64,000 nt of DNA from Thermoplasmatota archaeon. GTDB taxonomy: Archaea; Thermoplasmatota; Penumbrarchaeia; Penumbrarchaeales; Penumbrarchaeaceae. The notes under the pieces are model-generated. The model searched no databases. It saw only the letters and a program-made list of their open reading frames with translations, and had not been told where the DNA came from. The position numbers and the translations under genes are program-made. Of this stretch, positions 9,913 to 18,845 are shown in pieces (the stretch's first letter is position 1; each line of letters begins with the position of its first letter). Where the stretch lies: contig JAWOCK010000038.1 in assembly GCA_046483845.1 (NCBI GenBank), positions 355 to 64,354 of the forward strand. Direction: 5' to 3'.

Positions 9913-10368
9913 GTGGGCGCCATTGGACAAGAGGAGAGTTTGGAAGAGGTACTAGCGCCTGTGTCGGATGTCTTTTCCGTTCTGACGGATATCAACCTTG
10001 CGCACAGCTGGGGGCAGACCGAAAAGGGGGTTATGGAGTTTCCCCAGGAAGCACGAATGAGGATCGGCCAGATCATTGACGTTCGACCCAAGGGAATGAA
10101 AGAAGAATGCAAGATGAAGTTGAAGGTGATCCACTACGACGGTTTCATCGAGATGGATGTGGTGGAGGGGCCCCTGTTCGGCACTCTCCGCTTTACGGTT
10201 GAGACACGGCCCTACGGCACTCTGCTGAAAGCGCACCTGGACTACAGGATAGAGAGAATGGGTTTCAACCTCAAGTGGAAGATGTCCGAGAAAAAGAAAT
10301 ACCATCAGTTGATGTCCGGTATCCTTTCCAATATCAAGGATTTCTCAGAGATGCGGACAAGGCAGTGA
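9913..10368 (+). CDS. SRPBCC/START-like domain protein
   Basis: About 150 aa; APVSDVFSVLTD..., VEGPLFG, beta-rich core with C-terminal helix ILSNIKDFSE; GAGGTGA RBS. Confidence 0.55.
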   Translation: MGAIGQEESLEEVLAPVSDVFSVLTDINLAHSWGQTEKGVMEFPQEARMRIGQIIDVRPKGMKEECKMKLKVIHYDGFIEMDVVEGPLFGTLRFTVETRPYGTLLKAHLDYRIERMGFNLKWKMSEKKKYHQLMSGILSNIKDFSEMRTRQ

Positions 10369-10369
10369 C

Positions 10370-11746
10370 TCACCCATCTATCTCTTCGATCCTTCTCTTC
10401 AGGAGCTCACCGAACTCCGAGCGTATCCTTTCCAGATCCTCCCTTTTTCGTGCCTCCACCGTCATCCTGATAACTGGTGATGTGTTGGAACATCTTATGA
10501 GCACCCAGCCTTCCTCCATGTTCACCCTGACACCATCCATATCATTGACCTTTCCGAACCTCTCCCTGAGCTCCCGGGTCAGCTTTGACACGACTTCGAA
10601 CTTGTTCCGGTCCGAGCACCTGAAGGCTGATGCGTCAGATCCGTAGCAGGGTACCTCGGATGCAAGCTCCGACAAGGGTCTCTCTTCTTTGGTCAGCATC
10701 CTTGCCACCTCCAGGGGAGCAGTGATGGCATCATCGAAGAGCACATGATGGGGTACGATCAGGTGCCCGGACCTCTCCACACCGAATATGGCTCCCGTTC
10801 GCTCGGCCTCCATGGTCAAATAGGTATGTCCCACCTTTATCCTCTTGACAGTGGCTCCCAGGGGCTCCAGCACATCCTCTACCGCCATGGATGACTCCAC
10901 GTTGGCAAGGACGAGGCCTCCCTGGTTCTCCTGAATGAGATTCTTTGCGATCAGTATACCCAGACGGTCTGTACCGAGGAAATCTCCTTTCTCGTCACAT
11001 ATTACCGCGCGGTCCCCGTCCCCGTCGAAGGCCACGCCGAAGTCAGCTCCCTTGCTCAACACCTGGTCACTTAGATCTCCCAGGTTTTCCGGCTTTGGTT
11101 CCGAAGGCCTGCTGGAGAAATAAGGATCCTCCTCCGAGTTAACACCCAGAACCCGTATTCCGCAGGCCCGGAGAACGGCTACTGCAGAAAGGCTCATGGC
11201 ACCTCCCCCGCAGTCAACCCCTGCGGAGATCCCACTATGCTCGAGCAGTGGAAGGTAACGCTCCTTCCAGAAATCGATATAAGTGCCCAGATGGTCCAAT
11301 TCGGAGAGCTCGCCGGCATTCCTCCAGTTCTCGCACCTGAACTCCTTTTCGACCACAATATCCCTTATCTTATCGATGTTTTCCTCCGGGAACCCTACAC
11401 CGTTCCCATAATACATCTTGAGACCGTTCCACTCGGGTTCGAGATGGGATGCGGTGATGAAACATGAGACATCCACTTCAGATGCCATCCCGGCATGGAG
11501 CGTGACACCGAACGCGCTCTTTCCTGTCGATATAACATCCACGCCGGTGGAAAGGAGGCCCGATACCAGTGCACTGTGGAACGCCGGTGATGTCCTTCGT
11601 ATATCATATCCTACCACTGCCCGGCCCATATTCAGCTCATCTCTCATCAGAGTGCCGAGACCCTTTCCGATGTCCAGGCAGATATCCACATCTATGTCCT
11701 CGTTCCAAATGCCCCTGATGTCGTATGCCCTGAATATATGCTCCAT
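10370..11746 (-). CDS. Phosphoglucomutase/phosphomannomutase family protein
   Basis: IFRAYDIRG, ITASH phosphoserine loop, FDGDGDR, ERSGH, RCSNTSP. Confidence 0.93.
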   Translation of the reverse strand: MEHIFRAYDIRGIWNEDIDVDICLDIGKGLGTLMRDELNMGRAVVGYDIRRTSPAFHSALVSGLLSTGVDVISTGKSAFGVTLHAGMASEVDVSCFITASHLEPEWNGLKMYYGNGVGFPEENIDKIRDIVVEKEFRCENWRNAGELSELDHLGTYIDFWKERYLPLLEHSGISAGVDCGGGAMSLSAVAVLRACGIRVLGVNSEEDPYFSSRPSEPKPENLGDLSDQVLSKGADFGVAFDGDGDRAVICDEKGDFLGTDRLGILIAKNLIQENQGGLVLANVESSMAVEDVLEPLGATVKRIKVGHTYLTMEAERTGAIFGVERSGHLIVPHHVLFDDAITAPLEVARMLTKEERPLSELASEVPCYGSDASAFRCSDRNKFEVVSKLTRELRERFGKVNDMDGVRVNMEEGWVLIRCSNTSPVIRMTVEARKREDLERIRSEFGELLKRRIEEIDG

Positions 11747-11838
11747 GGTCCGGCCCTCCATATGATAATGGAATTGATTATTTCATTCCTTTGGTCCCGG
11801 GGATGGATTGATATAAGATACTGGGATATTCGCAGAAC

Positions 11839-13140
11839 ATGAAAGAAGAGTTCCCCGTGCTGCAGGTGGCGCTCGACCTTATGCAGCTGAAGAGAGCCGT
11901 CCAGATAGGTTCGGAAGCCCTTGAGGGCGGTGCTGACTGGATCGAGGCCGGAACCCCATTGATAAAGAGCGAGGGAATGGATTCACTGAGAATATTGAGG
12001 AGAGAGTTCCCCGACCGCAGGATCGTGGCGGATATGAAGACCATGGATACTGGCGGTTTCGAGACCGAGATCGTTGCCAAGGCAGGTGCCACGGTCAACA
12101 CGGTCATGGGTGTGACCGATGACGGGACCATAAAGGAGGCTGTCAGAGCCGGCAGGAAGTACGGCTGCAGCATAATGGTGGACCTGATGGGGGTCGCCGA
12201 CAAGCCATCCAGGGGCGCAGAACTGGAAAAGATGGGGGCCGATTATCTCTGCATACACGTATCCATTGACGACCAGATGATGGGGAAGACCTTCACCAGG
12301 GAGGTCAAGGAACTATGCGACGCCGTCTCCATCCCTGTTGCGGTGGCCGGAGGAATAACATCGGAGACCGCCCATCTTATGCTGGAGGCCGGAGCTTCCA
12401 TCATAATCGTTGGAGGAGCGATAACCAAGAGCCCCAATGTCATCGAGGCCACCAGGGACATCAAGAAGGCCATGAAGGAAGTTAAACCGGTCGGATCCAG
12501 GTTCTACAAGAGATACTCTGATGATAAAGGGTTGAAGGAAGCCCTGATGCAGGTCTCAGCTCCCAACGTTGCTGATGCAATGCACAAGAAGGGAGCGATG
12601 GTGGGCATCCATCCCATCCGGCCAGGGCTCAAATGCGTGGGCCCCGCCTTTACCTGCCGGACGATAGACGGTGACTGGGCGAAGACAGTGGAGGCCATAG
12701 AGAAGGCCGCACCGGGAGATGTCATAGTGATAGATGCGGGTTCCAGGAACGTCTCTCCGTGGGGAGAGCTTGCCACATGGTCCTGCAGGATGAAAGGCAT
12801 ATCCGGCGTGGTGCTCGACGGCCCCGCCCGTGATGTGGACGATATAATGGAGATGGGGTTCCCCATTTTCTGCAGGAGCACCGCACCCAATGCAGGGGAG
12901 CCGAAGGGGTTCGGAGAACTTCAGGTCGAGATAGAATGCGGCAGCCTTTCCGTGAATCCCGGAGACTGGATCATTGCCGATGACTCCGGCGTGATGGTCA
13001 TACCCAGGGACAGGGTCGTCGAGGTAACCAACAGGGCACTTGATGTGAAGGAGAGGGAGAACAGGATCAGGGAGGAGATAAAGAGGGGATCCACCCTATC
13101 CGAGGTCATGGAACTGGAGAAATGGGAAAAAGAACAGTGA
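11839..13140 (+). CDS. 3-hexulose-6-phosphate synthase fused to an RraA-like domain
   Basis: N-terminal LQVALD, WIEAGTPLIKSEG, VADMKTMDTG (HPS); C-terminal NVADAM, WGELAT, DGPARDV, VNPGDWIIADDSGV (RraA). Confidence 0.9.
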   Translation: MKEEFPVLQVALDLMQLKRAVQIGSEALEGGADWIEAGTPLIKSEGMDSLRILRREFPDRRIVADMKTMDTGGFETEIVAKAGATVNTVMGVTDDGTIKEAVRAGRKYGCSIMVDLMGVADKPSRGAELEKMGADYLCIHVSIDDQMMGKTFTREVKELCDAVSIPVAVAGGITSETAHLMLEAGASIIIVGGAITKSPNVIEATRDIKKAMKEVKPVGSRFYKRYSDDKGLKEALMQVSAPNVADAMHKKGAMVGIHPIRPGLKCVGPAFTCRTIDGDWAKTVEAIEKAAPGDVIVIDAGSRNVSPWGELATWSCRMKGISGVVLDGPARDVDDIMEMGFPIFCRSTAPNAGEPKGFGELQVEIECGSLSVNPGDWIIADDSGVMVIPRDRVVEVTNRALDVKERENRIREEIKRGSTLSEVMELEKWEKEQ

Positions 13141-13142
13141 GC

Positions 13143-14279
13143 TCAGATAACTTTCTCCATCACCGATAGAAGATCGTCGATGGCCTTCTTTGTTACATGT
13201 GGCATCACAACGAAACGAAGGGCACTTGGCTCTGCCACCTTTGAGATGTAGAAACCTCTCGATGAGAGTTCCTTCTGTACCCTTTCAGGTTTCTCATGCA
13301 AAACAGCCAGAACGTTCATCACGGGCTCCATTACCGGTTCGGCTCCCAGTTGGGATAATCCCTTCTTCAGGTAACGAGTGTTCTCCATGCATGAGCCCAC
13401 TATACGGACATAACCCTCCCTTCCCAGATACTTCATCAGAGAATAGGCCGCTGCCACGGACCCGGAGTCCCTTGTACCTGCAAGTGTGTATGCCTTGGAA
13501 CTCGTAAGGTATGGTGATCCGACTGCAAGATACCTGAGCGGGTTCCTTTCCCTGAAAAGGATGCATCCGGCGGGCATGGTGGAGCAACCCATCTTGTGAG
13601 GGTCCGTGCTCAGGCTGGTCACCCCCGGAACCGATAGATCCCAGGGACCAACGCGGGGGTCGTCCATTCCCATCTCGGCAAGGAAAGGGAGAACATAACC
13701 TCCGAAGGCTGCATCCACGTGGAGAGGTACATCACCCTTGATCTCGGAGATCGCATCAATGGGGTCCACCGCACCAAGCTCGGTGGTGCCGGCCACTGCA
13801 AGGACCATCAATGTATCATCCGACAGTTTATCCTCAAGGTCCGCAAGGTCCATTCTGTAATCTTCATCCAGTTCGACCGGGACAGGGTCCAGGTCCAGGA
13901 GCCTTACCGCCTTCAGGACGGAGAAATGAGCGGACATTGGGTAAAGGACCTCCTTTCCCGTTCCCTTCTTCTTGGAGAGATACATCGCCGTTATGTTGGC
14001 CTCTGTACCACCGGAGAGCACGTGGCCGCTGGCCCCCGGGAGATGAAAAAGTGACCCCAGCATGGATATCACCTCACTTTCCATCTCTGCAGTTCCGGGA
14101 CAAAGCCCCGGGTTCCCTAGGTTCGACTCCCTGAACCTCTGGTGTGTCTCCAGTGCCAGCAGATGCGGTGATGTGCACATGGACCCGAATATCCTGCCGG
14201 AGCCAAAGGATATGTTCTTGGATGCCTTATCCTTCAATAGGTCCTCTACCTCTTTGATGTCCATACCTTTTTCGTCCAT
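13143..14279 (-). CDS. mfnA: PLP-dependent tyrosine/aspartate decarboxylase (MfnA family)
   Basis: GSMCT, NLGNPGL, SGGTEAN, SAHFS, AGTTELG, HVDAAFGG, TDPHKMG (PLP lysine). Confidence 0.88.
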   Translation of the reverse strand: MDEKGMDIKEVEDLLKDKASKNISFGSGRIFGSMCTSPHLLALETHQRFRESNLGNPGLCPGTAEMESEVISMLGSLFHLPGASGHVLSGGTEANITAMYLSKKKGTGKEVLYPMSAHFSVLKAVRLLDLDPVPVELDEDYRMDLADLEDKLSDDTLMVLAVAGTTELGAVDPIDAISEIKGDVPLHVDAAFGGYVLPFLAEMGMDDPRVGPWDLSVPGVTSLSTDPHKMGCSTMPAGCILFRERNPLRYLAVGSPYLTSSKAYTLAGTRDSGSVAAAYSLMKYLGREGYVRIVGSCMENTRYLKKGLSQLGAEPVMEPVMNVLAVLHEKPERVQKELSSRGFYISKVAEPSALRFVVMPHVTKKAIDDLLSVMEKVI

Positions 14280-14702
14280 TTGGAACACGCTTCGATCAAT
14301 GTTATGTGGGACCGGGATAAAGATCGAAGCACGATAAAAAGCATCGTGCTCCGAACTCATAACCCCCGACCCACGAGGTCAATTGTTCAATGAGTATTTA
14401 AAGGGTCGAATGACTGGAAGGAGAGTGTTTAAGACATGGACGATCCATCATCATAACACTCGACCGATATGGATCGCAGTTCACATCAATGTATCAGGGC
14501 GATTCATATATGGCTTTGGATCTCCTATACGATAAAGAATATCCTCATCAGGTGATCCGATCATGGCCCGGATCATCCGATACAGCCTAGAAAAACTTGA
14601 TAATGTATCCCTGATCTTCGAAAAATGAGAAATATCACAAAACTGTTATATATCTATCCGATTGCTTAAGCAGAAATATCGCGCGTTTTGAGGTGTTCTT
14701 GT

Positions 14703-15188
14703 TTGAGAAGGAAAAGGCTTCGCACGGGAAAGGATAACCCCACAAAGACCGATATGATAGCCAATGTCTTCTCGGAACATCCTCTAGACGCCCTTTCTCC
14801 TAAAATGATCTCCACGGAACTGGGGCTCGAGATAAAACTGGTGACCACCATAGTGAACAGGCTCAGGAACGAGGGAGTTATCGAGAGGGTAGGTTGGGGG
14901 AAATACCGCCTTTCCATTGACAGTAACATAGAAGAAGAGGTGCTGGAGAACATATCGGAGGATATGTACAGGATGACAGGTGTGATACTCGGTTCGGCTC
15001 CCTCGGGTTGGTTGAACGATTCCAATGGTTCCGGTTTCAAGAACCTTGTGAACGCCTATGCCAGAATAAGTGAGATCGGAGGGGATGTCATGGCCCAGAA
15101 CATTCTAAGACTTGCAGCCAGCAAGTCTCTACCCGATGACAAGGTCGATCCTCTCATGGTATCTGTCATGGAGGTGATCCGTAAATGA
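14703..15188 (+). CDS. Winged-HTH protein with C-terminal helical domain; first gene of KaiC-like operon
   Basis: LSPKMISTELGLEIKLVTTIVNRLRNEGVIERVGWGKYRL wHTH pattern; probable TTG start after GAGGTG. Confidence 0.7.
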   Translation: MRRKRLRTGKDNPTKTDMIANVFSEHPLDALSPKMISTELGLEIKLVTTIVNRLRNEGVIERVGWGKYRLSIDSNIEEEVLENISEDMYRMTGVILGSAPSGWLNDSNGSGFKNLVNAYARISEIGGDVMAQNILRLAASKSLPDDKVDPLMVSVMEVIRK

Positions 15189-15463
15189 TCCCGCCATCCA
15201 GTGAAGTGAGAGAAGGACCACACCCACTATCGGACGCGTACCAGAAGAGGCTGGACCCGCTCATCGGGATCCTCTCCAGGTTCATAGTGGAAAGGGCTTT
15301 CAAGAATTACGACGGAAAGGAGAGTGAGACCATGAAAGGCCTGATAGAGGATATCGCTGAAGAGGCGAAACTGCTGATCGGACCCATCAGGTCCGAGGAA
15401 CTGAAAGAAGAACTTATGACCATAACCAGAGAGTATTATCAGGAGGATGAACAATATGAATAA
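15185..15463 (+). CDS. Small all-helical hypothetical protein (KaiC-operon associated)
   Basis: GGAGGTGA RBS; overlaps both neighbours; LDPLIG and KLLIGP helical repeats. Confidence 0.7.
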   Translation: MIPPSSEVREGPHPLSDAYQKRLDPLIGILSRFIVERAFKNYDGKESETMKGLIEDIAEEAKLLIGPIRSEELKEELMTITREYYQEDEQYE

Positions 15464-16178
15464 AAGAATATCCACCCACATACCGGGACTGGATGAACTG
15501 ATCAATGGGGGTTTTCCGGACAGGACCATCAATTTGATAACCGGGCCCCCGGGAAGTGCAAAGTCACTTTTTGGTATGCAGTACATCTACAACGGTGCCA
15601 GACATGAGGACGAGCCAGGTATCTACCTTACCCTTGAGGAGAGCAGGGATTCGATATTGAGGGCAGCATCCAGCTTCGGCATTGACATGGAGACCTTCGA
15701 GAAGGAGGGAAAGAACTACCTGATAGACCTCGGCAAGATGCGGGTTGAGTGTTCCTCGGCCGAGGAACTGGAATGGGGCCTTGCCAGCTTCGAGACCCTC
15801 CAGGATTTCCTGAAGAACCACATCTCATTCAGCGGTGCAAAGAGACTTGTTCTGGATTCTGTAACAGCTGTGGGGGTCTATTACAAATCCAACGAACTGC
15901 TGAGGAGGGAGCTGTTCAAGTTCACACGTTTCCTGAAGGAAGCGAACATCACCACCCTTCTTATTTCCGAGGTGATCGGCGGTGGCGACTCCAGATACGG
16001 TATCGAGGAGTTCGTGGCCGATTCGCTGATAAAATTGGATTACGAAAGCACCTCGGGAGAATACAGGAGAACGCTTACCGTGAAGAAGATGAGGTTCACC
16101 AAACACGATCCTCTGAAGCATCCTTTTCTCATCATGGAAAACGGTATCGAGGTATCACCCGACGAGGTAATCGGATAA
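15456..16178 (+). CDS. Single-domain KaiC/RAD55-family ATPase
   Basis: ISTHIPGLDELINGGFP, Walker A GPPGSAKS, YLTLEE, Walker B LVLDS, EEFVAD, VKKMRFTKH. Confidence 0.9.
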   Translation: MNKRISTHIPGLDELINGGFPDRTINLITGPPGSAKSLFGMQYIYNGARHEDEPGIYLTLEESRDSILRAASSFGIDMETFEKEGKNYLIDLGKMRVECSSAEELEWGLASFETLQDFLKNHISFSGAKRLVLDSVTAVGVYYKSNELLRRELFKFTRFLKEANITTLLISEVIGGGDSRYGIEEFVADSLIKLDYESTSGEYRRTLTVKKMRFTKHDPLKHPFLIMENGIEVSPDEVIG

Positions 16179-16184
16179 CCGGGA

Positions 16185-18257
16185 GTGAACTGCTTGAACG
16201 ATGTGGAACTCTACGGAGAGCTGATCGGTATCTTCGTCAAGAAGATGACCAGTCCGGAGATAGGTCAGTTCAGACTGGAGACCTCCTCATTCAGGATCAT
16301 ACTGGAGAGAGCACGTGTGCAAAGGCCGGTGCTTATCAAGTTCACCCTGACCGAGAGCGGAAGGATCGTGAACAACCTTGATGATGACGATGATGCACTG
16401 AATGCTCTAAAAGCACTGCTTAAAAGGTCCATGGACTTCATATCTTCCCTTATAGGCGAGGAGCTGGCGAAGGATATCATAATAAACTCCATGAAGGACG
16501 CCACCAAAGATATCGCGGATGAGGTGAGGAACAATGAAAGGTTCCTCTCCTTTGTTCCCGAACCCTTCGACCTGGTTCTGAAGGAGAACTTCAGAAGAAC
16601 AAAGGGGTCCAGGGACCATGAGGGGCTCCTTGAGGTATTCGAGGACATCTTCCACTCCTACCTGAGGGACCTCTCGCAGCACACTGACCTTTCCGCGTTC
16701 AAGCTGAAACTCTCCATACTGAGGGAAGATTACGAACTTCTGAGACACATGGAGTTCAAGGGGAACAACACCGTGGAGTTCGACATGGAGCACTGGTCAA
16801 AGGAAACGGATGAGGCGGTGAGCGAGGCATTGGTGGTTGCCTTCAACTCCCTGGTAGGTCTGTCCACGTTCCTTCTGGGAAAAGAAGAAGCAGTGAAGAA
16901 GGCCACAAGGATCTTTCAGTACTATTTCGAAGGGCAGGATGAACTGCTCGAGAGGTACGACCTCACCGACAACCTCCTCGAAGGAGCCCTCTACCTGAAG
17001 ATATCCACAGGGATCGATGAACTGGACAGCAGGATCGGAGGCGGGATAACCAAAGGGGATTCCATACTCTTCATCTCACCATCGGGGATAGAGAGGGACA
17101 TATTCACCTCCGGACTGCTGACCCAGGGACTCAAGGGAGGTTCATCTGTATTGATGGTCATCTCAAAGGAGCCTCCCCGTTCCATACGAATGCTGCTCAG
17201 ATCGCAGGGACTCAATGCTGACCAGCTCGAAGAGGAGGGCGACCTGCGGATAGTGGACTGGTTCTCTTGGAGGGGAGAGCGGATCATCGGTGTCGAAAAG
17301 GAAGGACATGCACTCAAATCCTCCAAGATACTGTCCAATCTGGGCATTGCCATAAACAAAGGTCTGAGAGAACTCAGTTTCTCCACCAACAAGATAGCCT
17401 TCGTTCACGTGATAGGTCCGGCGATGAACATATTCGAGTTCAACCAGGTCTATAATTTCATACAGAGGCTCAGGGCCAAGTTCAAGGAGGAGGAGATGGC
17501 CTCTATCTTCATTCTCGAATCGGAGACCATGAACCAGGAGAGAAAGAGCAGGATAATGGAGGTCTTCGACGGTGTGATAGAGCTCAGGAAGCAGACGGAA
17601 AAGGGAAAGATCCGGAGGGAGCTTTCGGTCGTTTCCATGTCCAATATCGACTTCGATCCCGGCCCCATACCTTTCATGATCAGGGATAACCGGATCGTGA
17701 CCAGTAAAGAGGCGAAGGAAGAGGAGCATCCGCCGGAGAAAAAGAAAGAATCGGTCGGGAAGGGGCATCCATCCGAGGATGCCGCCGAAAAGGAAAAGGT
17801 CAGACCGAAGAGGATCATAAAGAAAAGGGTGGCAGATGGAAAGAAGAGGTCGTCAACTCCAAGGGCAAGAGATAAAAAAACAATTATGCCAACCGAGAAC
17901 GATGTCATACTCCTGAAGGAGGCCGATAAGGAGGAAAGAGCATCCAGGAAGCGCGGAACCGGGATAGGACCAAAAGTGATCGTCAAGAAGAAAAAGGCAG
18001 AAAAAAATGAAAAGGGCGTCACCCCTGCGGAGAAGAATGTACGGGACAAAGAGAAAAAGGTCAGGAAAAAGATAGTAAGAAGGATCATCTCAAGCCCCAA
18101 GCATAGTGGAGGGAAAGGATCGGAAAGGTACGATAACGGTTCTCAGGAGGAGATCATCAATGAGGCGATTGCCACCATCGACGAGCTCCTTGACAGTTCG
18201 GAGTCCGCTCTCGACCAGGAGAATATCTCAAGATATCCCAAGAAAAGGACAAAATAA
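16185..18257 (+). CDS. Multidomain protein: two helical modules + inactivated KaiC-like domain + basic low-complexity tail
   Basis: ISTGIDELDSRIGGGI followed by degenerate Walker A (SPSGIERD) and Walker B (FVHVIG); IVDWFS, FDGVIEL; K/R-rich C-terminus. Confidence 0.8.
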   Translation: MNCLNDVELYGELIGIFVKKMTSPEIGQFRLETSSFRIILERARVQRPVLIKFTLTESGRIVNNLDDDDDALNALKALLKRSMDFISSLIGEELAKDIIINSMKDATKDIADEVRNNERFLSFVPEPFDLVLKENFRRTKGSRDHEGLLEVFEDIFHSYLRDLSQHTDLSAFKLKLSILREDYELLRHMEFKGNNTVEFDMEHWSKETDEAVSEALVVAFNSLVGLSTFLLGKEEAVKKATRIFQYYFEGQDELLERYDLTDNLLEGALYLKISTGIDELDSRIGGGITKGDSILFISPSGIERDIFTSGLLTQGLKGGSSVLMVISKEPPRSIRMLLRSQGLNADQLEEEGDLRIVDWFSWRGERIIGVEKEGHALKSSKILSNLGIAINKGLRELSFSTNKIAFVHVIGPAMNIFEFNQVYNFIQRLRAKFKEEEMASIFILESETMNQERKSRIMEVFDGVIELRKQTEKGKIRRELSVVSMSNIDFDPGPIPFMIRDNRIVTSKEAKEEEHPPEKKKESVGKGHPSEDAAEKEKVRPKRIIKKRVADGKKRSSTPRARDKKTIMPTENDVILLKEADKEERASRKRGTGIGPKVIVKKKKAEKNEKGVTPAEKNVRDKEKKVRKKIVRRIISSPKHSGGKGSERYDNGSQEEIINEAIATIDELLDSSESALDQENISRYPKKRTK

Positions 18258-18294
18258 ATATGTTGACCTCATTACATATTCCCGGTGTGCGTTG

Positions 18295-18789
18295 ATGCCG
18301 GGATCATATGAAGATAACGAAGGGTACAGGGACAGCAGGATGAGCATGGATGATGGTACCTTCTCGGTGAACTGCTCCGGCTGCACCGGTGCGGCGGACC
18401 TGGGGAGCAGGGAATGCTTCAACTGCATATCCGCAATGCTGGTGCCCGGTTTCAACGGGCCGTTGGTCCTGAGGGGCCACATTGACAGGAGGTACCACGG
18501 TCATGTCACCGATATCATCTTCGAGCATTCCGACATCCTGAGGACCATCAGGTCCATGAGGGAGGTCCGGGGTTTGGGCCTTTTCTACGGTATGAAGGTC
18601 AAAAAGGTCTCGCTCAGGATGGAGGAGCTGTTCCTCAAGGACCTGGGGCTCCTTGTCAGGGAGAAGAAGATGTTGCTCAGGGGATTTTCCGGCTCCAAGA
18701 GGAATAAGAGGACGCATGATCTAATGGAGGGCATCATCAAACGCTCCGATCTGCTGATGCGAAGGCTCGCGAGGGAGGTTGAGGTCTGA
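18295..18789 (+). CDS. Hypothetical protein with CxxC-x10-CxxC motif, resembling the N-terminal domain of some archaeal secretion/pilus ATPases
   Basis: VNCSGCTGAADLGSRECFNC...LVLRGHIDRRY; no ATPase domain follows. Confidence 0.55.
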   Translation: MPGSYEDNEGYRDSRMSMDDGTFSVNCSGCTGAADLGSRECFNCISAMLVPGFNGPLVLRGHIDRRYHGHVTDIIFEHSDILRTIRSMREVRGLGLFYGMKVKKVSLRMEELFLKDLGLLVREKKMLLRGFSGSKRNKRTHDLMEGIIKRSDLLMRRLAREVEV

Positions 18790-18845
18790 AAGAGCTTTCG
18801 GACCCCGGGACCAATGATTTATATCCTGTCCCCTTTTCCGGTCCC

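Noticed and set aside
14105..14135. GGTTCGACTCCC resembling a tRNA T-arm
   Set aside because: Lies inside mfnA, and no cloverleaf can be built around it.
13143..14279. mfnA together with hdrA as evidence of a methanogen
   Set aside because: hdrA is on the bacterial fragment, and MfnA-family enzymes also supply beta-alanine for CoA in non-methanogenic archaea.
14280..14700. Replication origin
   Set aside because: No cdc6/orc1 gene nearby and no ORB-like repeats seen.
16176..16187. KaiC and the downstream dead-KaiC gene are in the same frame (possible readthrough or broken fusion)
   Set aside because: The stop is TAA, the first protein ends at a normal KaiC C-terminus, and same-frame adjacency occurs one time in three by chance.
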